This document shows, one piece after another, positions 11,288-24,810 of a DNA stretch of 64,000 nucleotides (position 1 is its first letter; every line of letters begins with the position of its first letter). Below the pieces are notes generated by a model. It searched no databases. It was not told where the DNA came from and was given only the letters and a program-made list of their open reading frames with translations. A program made the position numbers and the translations under genes. Origin of the DNA: Ramazzottius varieornatus (taxonomy: Eukaryota > Animalia > Tardigrada); assembly GCA_001949185.1 (NCBI GenBank), contig BDGG01000001.1:4825624-4889623 (forward strand), read 5' to 3'.

Positions 11288-13388
11288 AGTCCTGGAGACC
11301 TACAGACCTGATCTCATGCCCCCACTGGTTTTAAACTGATCTTGGCCTTATCTCGTGACGTTACGCCAACGCTTTAACACGGGATGAAGCAAGAGCTATA
11401 TCCGACTTGCTGAACTGGCGAGTTTATCTCGACGTATTCAAAACAGTTCTCCCGACGGCTGTTGAGTGACGAAACGGGATGCTTCGTTTCATATGCTATA
11501 ATGTGGGGATGTAAAAATTCTTCTAAGCTTACAACAGCTATTCAACGTTGATGAGATTGCTGCCCCTTGATCAGTAGAACTCCACCAGGCTGGAAAAAGT
11601 CCTTACGATTTCGGTACATTTAATGTTTCATGTTCTTGCTCGAGGTGCATACCCCGCATCCGTTCAGAAACGAACTGAAACACTGAGAAGAATTCTCCTG
11701 TGTTGAAACAAAGCCTGGGATAAATTTATTTATCATCGGTGCGTCCAGGGAAAATATCAAAATGGCCTAACTACCTTTCCAAGTTGGCCTTCACTACCGG
11801 CCAATCTTCAAATTTCGAAATGATCAAAATTGCCTGGTGGCATAAAACGATGAGCTTTTGGATGGGTCTGTGTGAAAGATTTTCGCTGGTCTGGCAGTAA
11901 AGTTTTGCTCATGCCAACCTGGAAGAGCCACTACTTCGATGCGGCCCTTGCATCAGTTACTGTTGGGTGCCACCTTCCGGTTTCGCTACCGTGTTATCCA
12001 GCCAAGTCGCTGTGCCACTCTAAAGAGTCACTGCGCGGATCAATCTGGCAAAGCGAAGATTTGGCAAACGACCACTAGTAGGTCGTAGGTTTCAATCACA
12101 AAGAGTATCTCTGCCAAACACTAGACTATCAGCAAGTGTTAAACAGAGGTGGGCTTTCTGACTTCCAAGGACTGCATTTACTACCCAAGGAAAACACCCG
12201 ACAAGCCCTAGACAGACAGCGGAGGAAAATTAGACTTGAAGAGAAGACCTTGCCAATATTCCTTCACGAAATGTACTCTTCTTTTTCCATTTTTGCTTGT
12301 GGCCCACTACACTTACACCATACAGCATGCCAAACTAGATGCCAAATTACATAACACATAGATTACACCATGCTATACTTAGCTTGATCAAGTAATCGAG
12401 CCACAGCTGATCAGCTGTTTTAGAGCATGGCGAGCGGGCTGGTTGACTTTCCTGATTTCCCTCTTTCGAAACAGAAAAGATAGGAGTACATTTCGAAGGC
12501 GCGGATTGTAGTCTGCTTTCAGTTTGATGCGCGCACCGCATGGAATCTGCTTTCACCTAATTTCTAGTCAGGGGGAAGTCCCACAACCCCGTTTTTCGTT
12601 CGTTCGTAGTCTAGATAGCTTCGTTCACCTAGATGACCTTTCTTATTTTCGTGGTGTTTGTTCCAACAGGTTAAAACGCGATATAACATGGAAGTCCGAA
12701 AGCCCGACATAGCAGACTGACCAACCAACAAAAGAGGCTGAACTATCGCGTTGTATACGTAATAATCGGTAGGTGTAACAGCACAGCGCGCAAGTCAGCC
12801 CGTTACAGCAAAGTCGTCCTCGTTTTTGAAACATTATATTTTCACTTGCGAGTAAAAATTACCAGTCAAAACACGTTTAACATAGTTGTACGAGCTCATT
12901 ACTATTGTCGGTTCACCTAACGGTTTGTTCAAATTGGACGCATCGAAATATTTGAAAAATAGCCTCATCCGTTTCAAATTTAGTAAGAACATGCGCGCCA
13001 AGTGATCTGGAGAACCTTCAGTTTTTCATTCGAATATTCACTTCTCATCAAGTTTTCCGTTGTTCAGAACAAATGTTGCTGTGAAAGGGAGAGAATTTAT
13101 CTGCTACCGAGCAATATACACCGGAGCACTAAAGATTTTGGCTTTCGACCAAAAAAATTTTTTCGATAACACAAGCAGAAAATCAAAAAAACACTTCAAA
13201 AAACACGAAATTTCAAAATTTGACTCTCCAGCCAATTTTCACCTCCATCTTGTAAACTGATGTTCAACAGTAAGAAAAGAAGCTAAATCTCAAGAAACTA
13301 ACTGAGATGGTGCGAAAGGCGATCATTAGAATTTTTGAGACAAAGGTGCGCGAGCAGCGAGGACAACTTTGCTGTAGCGGGCTGTGTA

Positions 13389-13967
13389 TAGGGATGTGAA
13401 TGGTTGTTTTAATGGTTAAACGGATGTATGAGCGGATGGGTGGAACCGTCAACCGGATTTTTGCTGGATGGATGGAATCTCCATCCGGATGATTGATGGA
13501 TGGATGGATGGATGGATGGATGGGTGAATGGATGGTTGATGGATGGATGACGGACGAAATCGGATCACCTTATCCGGATGATCCGATTTCCGACCCGGAT
13601 AGCGTACTGAATTATTCAAATAACCCGAAATAAAAATTTTTGTGAGAAGGGGCCTTAGAGTGGGCGTTTCGAGATGGCGGCTCCAGCAACCTGTTTGTAT
13701 TCGACCTGGGGTATTCGAGCGGACAAAGTCTGGATTGCTCCAAGGTTTGATTGATTCTCATTTGTTAAACTGGTTTAAGTCACTGTCCGAACCATGGTTT
13801 TATCCGGATAGAAAGTTGGATGGATAGAAGATCCATCGGGATTGGGTCCGGATGGATAGTGATTTCTTTCCGGTTGGGCGATGGATGGACGGGAAACTCA
13901 TCCAATCCGATTTCTATCCGTATTGATCCGGATCCATCCGTGATCGGACTAGATTTTAACAACCCTA
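13389..13967. mobile_element. hAT-type MITE with GGAT/ATCC subterminal arrays, containing a (GGAT)n microsatellite
   Basis: Ends TAGGGATGT / ACAACCCTA. 8-bp flanks gctgtgta and gctttgta (7/8 TSD). Confidence 0.75.
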
Positions 13968-15356
13968 GCTTTGTATCTATGTATCTTTCGCACCGATGTT
14001 TTACAGATACTGACCACTTCAGTTGAAGCAAGTGACTTTTGATCAAAAGATAACAATCTTAGACCATATTCATGTCAAGGAAAAGATAGAACAATTAAAG
14101 TATGAGTTGATGCGAAAACCCCAAGTTTCATTGTCTCGTTCTTTCGTTGAGACTGTTACATCTTGATCCCCGCCCACATAAAAAATGCAGAATATGACCA
14201 GAGCACACGGGCTGCCTGTGCGCAGTACTTAGACAGCTTTGCTTTGCTTGCTGTCGGTTTCCCGGTGCCCGGAGTCAAAGAGAAGCCAAAAAGCGGAGAA
14301 TTATTTTTTTGGATGCCGTCATAGAGCCTTGGCTACAGTCGTTAGAAGTGAACAGTACACCTTGCAGTTATGTCGATGAAGGAAACGACACGATTCTGCC
14401 AGTTTTTGGGACATAACTTGGACGGTTCGTGTTGCCGGACTTCAAGCGCCAACTTATTCGGTTTGTCATGCAGAAAAACTTATTTTCTACAGCACTCGGT
14501 TCGAAGGCCAACACATTTTCTGGATCGAACCAGCTGGACGTGGCAAGAGAGGAGTCTGTTTAATACTGTATTAAGTAGCCTAAGGAATCGAGCGTTTACG
14601 ATAACGGTCAAACTTTTTTACGCTGTCAGAATTACTAGCTATGAGGTATGAGCGAAAACGCAATTTTAGCAGACACATCCCGTTCTCAGTTGACACTTCT
14701 GAGAAAAGTTGGGAGAAACGAGAGTGGTGAATTTGAATTTCAAATCGTACAGCAATTTTATTGTGAAGAGGGCCGCACCGACACCACCGATGGGCTCATC
14801 TCACCACCTCGATTATTTGCAGCACCACTAATTCCGATTGACATATAGGGCATCAAAAAGATGATAAAACAGCCTGAAACCTAACGGGTCTCAGGCCAAA
14901 TACTTACTACCACCGCAGTATGCTGTTGGATGGTTGCAGACCTGACTATGAAACACTCTTTTAGCACGTTTCCGGTCGGACAAACTTCAGGACGTTCGCA
15001 TGCCTCTACTCTGAAGATCATCTGGGGGTGCCCCTGAGTCTAGGAGTCCCAAGGGGAAAGTTTCTATGTATAGTTGGACCACCTAGCGAACCTTTTACTG
15101 AGAAAACGGCAGCACAATCTTCCATCCGAAAATAAGAACAGAGCGGATGTCTCACACAACTGTTGAAGCTCGCACCTCAGTGGATCTGAAAACAGGAACA
15201 GAGAACAAAACAGAGGGCAAACAGTTAGATGTCAGTACTGTACTCGAAACTAATGTCCCAGCCAGCTGAGACGACGTCGCCCATCCTTCTTCGACTGCGT
15301 AGACGCCGTTTCCTTCCGCGCACCACCTGAGACTGACGAAGGAACATTCACTCGCC

Positions 15357-16420
15357 GACCATGTCACTCGCCGATCACGATAGAAATGATTTCACGTGAT
15401 AGCTGATACTCATGGCTCTCTACAAAGTATCAGGAAGAACAGCGAACAACCATGCCCTGGCTCCACAGAAATTCTGGAAGACATCGGTTTATTAACTGAA
15501 AATATATGGAAACACCATGAACTATTACCAAAAATCAGGATTTCCGACTCCTCCGTATTCACAACGAAAGGAAATCGATACAGGACAATAAGACAGGCTT
15601 ATATAAACCGGTTTTATGGTACGAATTTCACAGTTGTGATAGTCAGTCACAAAGCAGTCAAAACACAAATTGCCCTCCTGAATCTTGCATGTCTTTAAAA
15701 CAGGAGCATATCACGAACTGTATCGTGATCGTTGCGAGGTTCGCAACGATCACGATAGAGTGCGCTTTTCGGGAAAGCAAACTCGACAGGATCGGGGAAC
15801 ACATCGGGTTTTCCGTCAGAGTACCCGGACTTGTAGAAGCAATACTTCCACAGATTAGTGCAACGAGTAGAAGTAAACTATATGAAAATTAGCGACTGAA
15901 GCGTAATACAATTTTCTGTATGAAATAACTTAAAGTTAATCATGTCAACTAGAACTGTTTTGGAGCATTCGCACTTGATATCGTCGTAAAGGCTTGAAGT
16001 TGATCTTCCAACAGATGCAGGATACTACGAGGATTAACGGGCATTGCTGCGTTACAAAGAATGCTACAGAGGATGTTTCTGTCAGACCGGAATTACCAGA
16101 GGTTAATTCGACCGTTGGTTAACAAATTTCGTTTACCGTTTTTGCGATGACATACCATGTATGACCTGACATGATATGGCATGTGAGTCATGTTAGCATA
16201 CATTTTGACTTGATTGATGAATAGCTTGATTGATTGGCCTTTACTGTACGCAGTCTCATACTCTCAATTCTATCTCTGCAATGTCGACTGCCACGCATTC
16301 GAGAATTTCTGTGGAGCCAGGGCATGGTTATTCGCCGTTCTTCCCAATACTTTGTAGAGAGCCATGAGTCTCAGCTATCACGTGAAATCATTTCTATCGT
16401 GATCGGCGAGTGACATGGTC
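15357..16420. mobile_element. Non-autonomous element with ~119-bp TIRs (Mutator-like by TIR length; superfamily uncertain)
   Basis: 15357-15475 is the near-perfect reverse complement of 16302-16420. No TSD recognised. Perfect internal 17-bp stem at 15721-15757. Confidence 0.8.
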
Positions 16421-19400
16421 TGAAGGTTCCCTCGTAAGACGAGGTTGAATAGGAAATCATCCATGACTTATTGAGGTAGTGATGTACTAATATGGGACAA
16501 AGACGCCTAACATGACGAAGATAAATATCGGCCGTCCACCGAACTCTTAGCAACTTGGAATTACTACGGTAAAACTTCTGCCTGAATTAATGAAATATTA
16601 CTACAGGAGCACTCTTGTGAGTTTGGTTTCAAAATATATTTTAAAATTGGAGAACTCAACGGCAGATCTTACCACCCAGTATCACAACCACCCGTATCAC
16701 TGTACCCAATTGAGCCGTCACCTGAGCGAAGTCAGGTTTCCCTGGATTAACCGCCCCGATTCCGAGCCGAAAGTCACGTGACGGGGACCAAATCCGGGCA
16801 CCTAGCTGTTTGTTACATTGGCTACTGCGCAGCTGCAGGCCGGAGGACAGACGGGAAAATTGTCTTATACACTATCAGTGCCCGTACTGTCTCTTGCATC
16901 CCGCACGGCCTTTTGCTGTGAGCTTGCGGGTTAGAGTGCCACGCTGTACGCTGGGTGCATGGTGTAAGCGCATGCATCGGCAATAGCACCACTGTATGGG
17001 TGTGGGGGCATCGTTGGGATGCGGTACACTTTGTGAGGCGTGGTCGCACACCACATTACTAGCGCACACGCATTAGAATTCGGCATATCTACCGATTGTT
17101 CGAATCAACGACAGCGTTACTCCCCCATATTAAAATTTATTAAAAATCAAATGATGGACATTTTGATAATACTAAAATATCAGACCTCAGCTCGGAACTA
17201 CTCAAGTATTAGTTTCCGGTCGGTGACGCTTGACGATAACGATTACCATAAGATGGCGGTGAACATCGTCACCGTCAAAAAACGGTGTGGGGTCAACTGT
17301 GCTCGGCGAAAGCCTGCTGACGGTAAAACGATAGCTTTCGCTCCGCTCCGCTCCCGCAGACTAAAGGCCCGGTATCCGCAACGTGACGTCGTGACCTGTA
17401 GAGCCCTGTTGCGAGCGGCGGAACGGCAAAAAACAGCTGAATTTTGACGGATTTCACCCCTGTCGACTGGATTTCATTTATCTTCTGATCGAACTTTTCT
17501 CACTCTTGCTTGGCACCAGACGATAGAGAAATGAATTTCTTACATTCCGATGCCAAGATGAGCCATGGGGGAGTTGTAGGAAGCCATTGACACGCATCCA
17601 AAGTCCATGACGGTGTTTTGCTCAAATACCGTCATATGATAGCTTGACGGTAACGATAAAAGCACTCTCCGCCCATTTTTGATGACGTAGAGGAGCCATC
17701 GTCATCGTTTGGTTACCTTCGAGCCCGTCCGACCAGACACTGTTAATATCGGGTTCCGCCGTTCCGGTGCCCATTTCTGTTCACTAAATATTACCAAATG
17801 TAGTAGATGCTGAAACCATCTGGGTTTTGTCAAATAAAAAACGGATTTTTCAAAGTTTTCCAAATTGTACAGGAGACGTATTTCTGGATTTTGCGTTCAT
17901 GTGTCCAACTGAAGGTACTGGTGTAGGTTGAACTGGTCTAGTGGAAAAAGTCATGGAAGGAAGAAAATTGGGGTCCAGTATTCTACTACTTCATAGACTT
18001 CACGTATGACGTCATCCATCACGTAAAGCATCTCCTAAGAGACGGGTAGGAACAGCTGTTTGCACTGGGTTGAACTTGACGCCTGCAACGACGTCCTGTG
18101 TGAATTCTGCGATGTCCTACATGGTAGGTAGAACTAACCATTGTAAAATACCACAGAGGTGGAAATTCTCTGAAAATGTATTTCTTCAAATCCAATCATG
18201 TCGTTTCGTGACGGTTGGTACCATTCGAAAGCCCGAAATTGTCTCTACAGTCCTCCGTTAAGAAAGCAAGAATCGGAATTATCGCGAAAAATCTGTCTTC
18301 TCTTTGACAAAACCCATCACGTTAGAACATCACTACATCGAGAACAGTCATGCATCCAATATCTGGCAGACGAAAATACAGTGCGGCCGCACTAACTTTG
18401 TATATTTTCAGAGTCGTCTGAAAATCAATGCTACGTTTCACTCACTAACTTTCTGTCCACAAGTGATACCCCTCTTTTTCATCTGCAGTGTTCAAAGAGA
18501 AGTTTGCATGTATAGCTTCTATTAGAGAACAGAGGACGCATTTGTGAGGTGCGGCTAGTGATCCGAGCACCTTGCAAATTTTTTGAACAACTTAAATTCT
18601 AGGAACCCTTAAAGTGACCGATCCCAAAAGAAACTTCGCTCACTTAATGTTAGTTTTGATGCCTAGATTTCGCATAAGCAGTTTTATCGGAAAAGTGAAA
18701 ACGAGCTCGTGAGAAACAGTTTTGGAAGATACCTGGAAAATTCGGTTCATGCGGCACTTTCGCGCTTCAGGCGTGACGTTTTTTGGTCGTAATTCGGAGT
18801 GCGGTAGTCGCACCCCGGATGTTCTGGGTTTTGTCGAAAGAAAGGAGTCTGGGCTATCACGTAAAAATAAAGATCAACGATGAAAAGGGCTGGGCAAGTC
18901 AGACGGAATTTTAGCCTAGCTGTAGAACATAAGGAAAACGAATATGCTCACCGCAGCTGGTCCAGCGTAGAGACGTCAGCACCCCGTTGCTTTCATCCGA
19001 ATACCATCTTTGACAATCCAGTAGCTTCGTAGCCCCTTTCATGATCCAGAACAACGCAGAACAGGCAAAAGACAGATTTGGGCAATGAAGGAGATCAAAA
19101 CTACCGCATCGACAATCGAACTAAAAATTCATCAATTATAAATGCCGTGGCGAACACAATTAAATTTGAAACGCGGGTTCCCAAGAAAAACGAATTTATC
19201 AAAGTCGGGCCATGCGGCCAGAGCGCACCACACAGCATAATGTGTAGGACGCCATAGCGACCTGCGTGTAGGAGCTTTAGGGGCAGTTGTGTATTTGTTC
19301 TATGAGTAGACGCGCACAGCGGTCGAACTCGCTTGCTTAGATGCACCAGTAAACTCGGAGAATAATCAGTTGACTGTCGGCAAATCCGCTTCTTTTCGGA

Positions 19401-20099
19401 CGACCTGCGTCAGGACTATCAAACGAATTCAATACTTGGATTTTCAATAGGGATGGGCTCTTCAAACCACTAGCGTTTAGATTTTTAAAACAATCTACGG
19501 CTCATCGCACCACCACCCCTAATTCTATCTTGGTTGATGGTGAACGAGACCCCACCGAGAATTCACTACAGTAAGCAGTTGCTGTTGCTGCTTGAAAAGA
19601 TGGAATAGTATGTGAAAGTAGCACGCCCATGGAGTTCAACAGCGAGTTGGGTAACGAAGAAATCACACAGTAGAAGTGCCACCTTCATACACACACACAC
19701 GAACGAACGAATTACTCGACGCAGCGGTAATTTCCTGCCACACAAGACATTTTCGTGACGATTTTCGTGACGATCGGCAATCCGAACTCTTACATGTAAA
19801 GTTTAATGAGTGCAACGTAGGTGCAACAATCTAGCTTCGGTTCGACTCATAACGTCAGAGCCCAGATTGCCATTCCACAACTTTTCCACAACTTCCGCCA
19901 CGTCCATCACGCAGCGGTACCGCTGACTCAATAACAATGATCTTCGAGACGAACCTGCGATCGACATTGGGCTTTGAGCCCTGTGTCTCCGGTTTCCATT
20001 GCGAAAACACGCCACAGCCTCGTCCGGTATGACGAAGATAAAGTTGTCCTGGTAGCTGGAGGAAACTCGCGCGGCACTCTTCTTGTTAAAACTCTCGAT

Positions 20100-20520
20100 C
20101 ACCCAGTTACTTTGCCCAGAGACTTCGCCCAGAGAAGGATGCCTTTGTGATGGTTCTTAGTAGCACGATGTCCTTGGCGATTGCTAGCGCGGAGAACGCG
20201 CAGGTTAAGCCGTTTGCCTGTCGTTTTCAACGCTCAGCAGTTACGTCAAAGAGCTCCTTTCAGACCTCCGCCTCTGTTCTGGAAGTCCGGTGACGGTAGT
20301 CACAAGAAACATCACATTCGCTGTGGTGGTCAACCTGTGATTTACTAGCTAAACTCACTACGCTTTATGTAATTAAAAATTTGATTGTAAGTGGTGAGAG
20401 GAGCCCATCGGTGGTGTATCAATCGAAAGCGGTGGTGAGAAGAGTACCTCTTTTTGTTCTTCTGAATAAACCAATGGTCGTAATCGACCATTCCGGTTAT
20501 TTTTGGACACATCTTGAAAG
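20100..20520 (-). pseudogene. Degenerate Ulp1/C48-like peptidase fragment, probably TE-borne
   Basis: DHWF, then TAFD, then RQANGLTCAFSALAIAKDI, in the His-Asp-Gln/Cys order of C48 peptidases. Frameshifts and stops present. Confidence 0.35.
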
Positions 20521-21039
20521 CCTTCAAAGGCTGTATCCCGTAGACATTTTGAGGGCCACGTTCAGTTTTCCCGAACCGAGGCTCGGAAGGGTTGCAATTT
20601 GTTTTGGACTACCTTTAATTGAACACCATGCGCTGTGAAAACTGTCCCTCGGCAAAACTGTGAAAATAAGTGTTGGGTGGTATCTCATAGTTCTTTGGTA
20701 TTTTCCTGATTGCTAGTTTTCGATTCATTAATATTTTCGGTGAGGCAGGTCAGTTGTTGGCAGCGTGAAAGCACGGAAATGACTCTTCTGAAGGCTCGTT
20801 CCCTTTGCCGATTTTAGTATATCTGGTTCGGCTGCTCCTCGGTATATATGCGTCAAGCTCTTATTACCTGATAACTGCCTTCAAAGAGGCTAAACATCAC
20901 ACCATCGCAGATGCGGTTGCTACACATATGATAGCTTGGTATAAAAGAATGAATACCAAAGTTTTGGGTGTTGCACAATGCACATACAACAGTCGACTCA
21001 AGGTATAATGCTCACTGTTCAGAGATCAAACTTGACTTG

Positions 21040-21285
21040 ACTTGACCAAAGTTTGGTTGGAGCCAATGGCAACATCTACAATAGCCATGGCTAGTTAGAC
21101 ACATGTAGTAGCCAAAAGGTCACTTTGGCTACTTTTCTTATCAATACTATAAGAGTGGCCAGTTGGCCACTAACCATTGGCTAATTACGTAAAAAGGTAG
21201 CCCAAATGACCTTTTGGCTACTCTCGCAAGTATCTATGGCTACTTCAAATGTAGCCGTTGGCTCGCGCCAAACTCTGGTTAAGTG
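21040..21285. mobile_element. Foldback MITE built from TAGCC/GGCTA motifs
   Basis: ccaaagtttggttggagccaatggcaacat vs atgtagccgttggctcgcgccaaactctgg; inner gtagccaaaaggtca / tgaccttttggctac. Confidence 0.7.
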
Positions 21286-23696
21286 AAGTCCAGACGAAAC
21301 TATGCTTGCCTGAATAATAGGATGATTTCCAGTTCCGAAAGCTTCCCACTACGACAAGAAAAGTACAAAATTTAATATTAAAAAACAAAAAATTCAAAGC
21401 CTGGATATTTACTATGCAAGCAGGTGTTTGCATTAGCTGAAAACTCGGAAGCGGCTGTAACAGCTGGTTGTGGCAGCTAGATACACAATGAGCTAACAGG
21501 CAGATTCGATTAAACATATGTCAGATAGCCATAACAAAGTTCGAAATTGGGGTGCGATAGACTTTCCGCGTTATATGTATCGGCGCTGTCCAGATAATCT
21601 CCCGCTTGTGCAGCGTTATATCTGTTAAATTTCTGCTGAGTTATAGTTCTGAAACAAATGTTCATCAAAAGCGGTTCGGTAACAGCTCTTCATATCGAGG
21701 CGGACGATATGTTTGTGTAGTAAATTTATTTCGCCTCTCACTCGTTACGTTAAATCATAACATCCTAATCGTTGACAGTACACGCGCCTGACTGATGTCT
21801 GCACGAAAGTTTCGCTCACCGGTTTTCGGTTCTCCACAAGCTGCATTATATTGATTAGATCCGACCAGGTTCATTCGGGAAAGTCTCGATCAGGCTTATA
21901 TTGAGACACAGGGTAGGCGCGTGTACACCTGGTCAACAAATATTTCCAGTGTCGAAAGCCAATCTTCCATTGGTCGTCGTGACTGGAAACATTTCAGGAT
22001 CTCTTGTCTGAATGAGATGGATCTTTGAACAAGTCCTGGCTGAACAGGGACGTGAAATGGCTAAAGCCACATTGGCTCCTTGTTATTTTAGTCCAGACTG
22101 TCAGAGTTTTCAGCAGACGGCAAAGCAGGGATCGGGCTCGAAAGACTTACGTCTTAGTCCAAGCCCGAAGACAAATGTATCCTTATCTAGCGCTTGCGGG
22201 CCGGGTGAAGGCGGTGGTAACGCGTAGGAGTACTGCACAGATATGATATTCAAGAGAAATACATATGTCTTCAAGTTCCAAACAGTTCCGCAGTGTCGCT
22301 GATTTTTGGATGGTCTCTGGTTGGGAATATGACGAACACTGCACATTGCAAAGGACGAACAAGAACGATTGTAATAGACCAGTGCGCGATATGAGGCTGG
22401 TCTCGTGTGTATGGTTAGGCTTCACACTGAAACCTGTAGCTATGCAATAGCTGCAGCCGGCAGTATTAAAAACGCGCTACATGTATTTAGTTTCGGCTTC
22501 GTTGTCCCGTGACATGCAATGATCGTTTCCTCAGTTCAGATCACAGAATGACATAGACGACCAATGAGTTTACCTGGAACCCAAATCATTCTCTGAAGTG
22601 TTCATGCTGCATCCGAGGCTCTCATAAAGCTTTCATTGTACGTCACAAAAACAGTATCACCGTCGCACGGTTGTTCTTACAGTACTCGTACGGCAGTGTC
22701 TGACAGGTGATTAAACGCACTGTTTTGTGCCCTGAATGTTTAATACTTCGGGTCTGGGCGGCCATCGCCGCCATAAGTCGTTTTCCTGTTTGACAAGTAT
22801 TTCTGTCAGTTCCAACCTTTGCTTTGTATAGTGTCACGCATTGTATGATACGGGGGCCTCGCAGAGTCGAGTTCAGTGGCTAATCTTCCCCGTTCGCCAC
22901 ATTTGTTTGATATTATGTAGAATTGCTGAAAATTCTCAGTTTTTGGCGAATTTGGCGAATGAAGGAACAGGAGTCGAGCGCAGGTGTGCAGTGAACATCA
23001 GAACATGACGACACGCACATCAAAACAGCGGTTCCGACACCGTTTGACTTGATTAGATGCACTCGATCGCTGAACAACTACAAGACTGTTTGGTTGACGA
23101 AAATTTGCACAGCGTGCATTCAGCCGGTAAAGAGGCTGAACAAAGTAGTCGAATTGAGCCAATCGCAGATTTATTCAGGAAATGGATAATTTCCAGCAAC
23201 TCTTATATCGTGTCACGATATCAAAAAAAATGTCGTCTTCAAACTTGGCCAAACTACTTGTCATGCTATGTACCATTGCGTTCACGAACGTGAGGACATG
23301 GCAAATCGCTCAATCAAAATAAAGGCGGGGTTCGGTGCGGGATCGCAATCAAGAGACTTGATTGACTTTATTGGAAAGCACTCTCTGAAATCTAGATCAC
23401 CCCATCACTCACCCTGTAGCCTCGACTCATACCAAACTCTATCACAGAACACAATGACAGATGAAGCTACGAAAATCACAGAAGAGATCACAGAAAGGCT
23501 GCCGGTGTCCCTAAGGAACACCTGTTACGCCCGAAACAGCTAACTGAACCGGAAACGTTGATCAAGGCTTTTGATTGCCGTAGCGTCATGCCATACAGTC
23601 GGTTTTGATTGTTTGATTTGCCATGTCCTCACGTTCGTAAACGCAATGGTGCACACTTTGGGCAAAACGCTGTTAATGATAGAAAGACGAAGGTTG

Positions 23697-24810
23697 TAAG
23701 GATGCCCATTCCGCCTGAGTTGCTTCCTGGAACGGAGTTCGGAAAGGAATTGCTAATTTCCCTGTTTTCCTATTTTCCGTTTCCTAGAACGGTTCAATCA
23801 AAAATCGGAATTTCAATGCGGCAGTTCAAGAAGTGAAAAACCAGTCGGGAGCTCGGTTTAGGCACGTCTACAGTCACGGTCATGGGTCAGCGTCACCCCC
23901 TAGTCTTCAGTTGCTTCCTTGTATCTCATGATCCCGTCGGGCGATCTCGACGATTCAAACGGTACTGCTTAGAGCACACTTTGAGTTTCCTGATCTGATC
24001 ACGTGACAGGAGGTTCACCTGCTCGATCAATGAGCCGGTACGCATGCGTGGTTTGGACCAGGAAATGCGGCACATTTTTAACCGCGTATCTCCTGTCACG
24101 TGATAGACTCACGGGAAAAGCTTAACGGCCAAACTGTAGCCCGAACGTTGTTGTATAGGCTGTGGTGAACAACATCTCTCAGAAAAAGTTCTTACGAGAT
24201 TTTTCTATATGGGTACTACAGCCCACTTTGCAGCGTTTTTTATGAATCAAGACTTTTAATTTGGATATGTTCCTTCACGCTCATCCGCTTTCTCCCAAAC
24301 ACATATCCATAAATACCAAAGCGTTAGCTCTATCGACTAAACGTGGATTTTCGGCATAGAATCAACAGATAAGGAAGAACGAAAATGATCCATTTGATTT
24401 GTACAGAAAGGTGGGCTGTAGTACCTATATGAAAAAGGGTACTTTTCTCAGAGATCTCTTTCACCACGGTCTATATAACAGCGTTCGGGCTACATTTTGG
24501 CCGTTCAGCTTTTCCCGTGGGTCTGTTACCAGTTACAATGACAACGTGCGCGACTTTGAGATCATTTTTGTCGAGTTTGTTTGCTCTGCTTCTATTTAGT
24601 GAGCAAAAACGACACTAAAACTCGACCGACTGGCGCAAGAAACGGGAATCCCGCTGTGCAAAATTAGATTTTGATAAACGGAATTCCGCCCGATCCTTTG
24701 TTCCGATTCGGAATTCCAGCGTTCCAAATCGGGCTCAGCGGGAACGGAGCGGAATCCCTATTTCCCAGGCGGAATTAGAAATGGAACGGAAAACCGAATG
24801 CGCATCCTTA
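23697..24810. mobile_element. hAT-type MITE with GGAA/TTCC arrays, nested in the TTAA element
   Basis: TIR taaggatgcccattc / gaatgcgcatcctta. Perfect 8-bp TSD gaaggttg at 23689-96 and 24811-18. Confidence 0.9.
24104..24525. mobile_element. Foldback MITE with ~120-bp TIRs, nested in the hAT MITE
   Basis: cacgggaaaagcttaacggccaaactgtagcccgaacg / cgttcgggctacattttggccgttcagcttttcccgtg. Confidence 0.85.

Noticed and set aside
17205-17745. Degenerate inverted repeat, possible old hAT MITE
   Set aside because: Similarity is too weak to set boundaries and there is no TSD.
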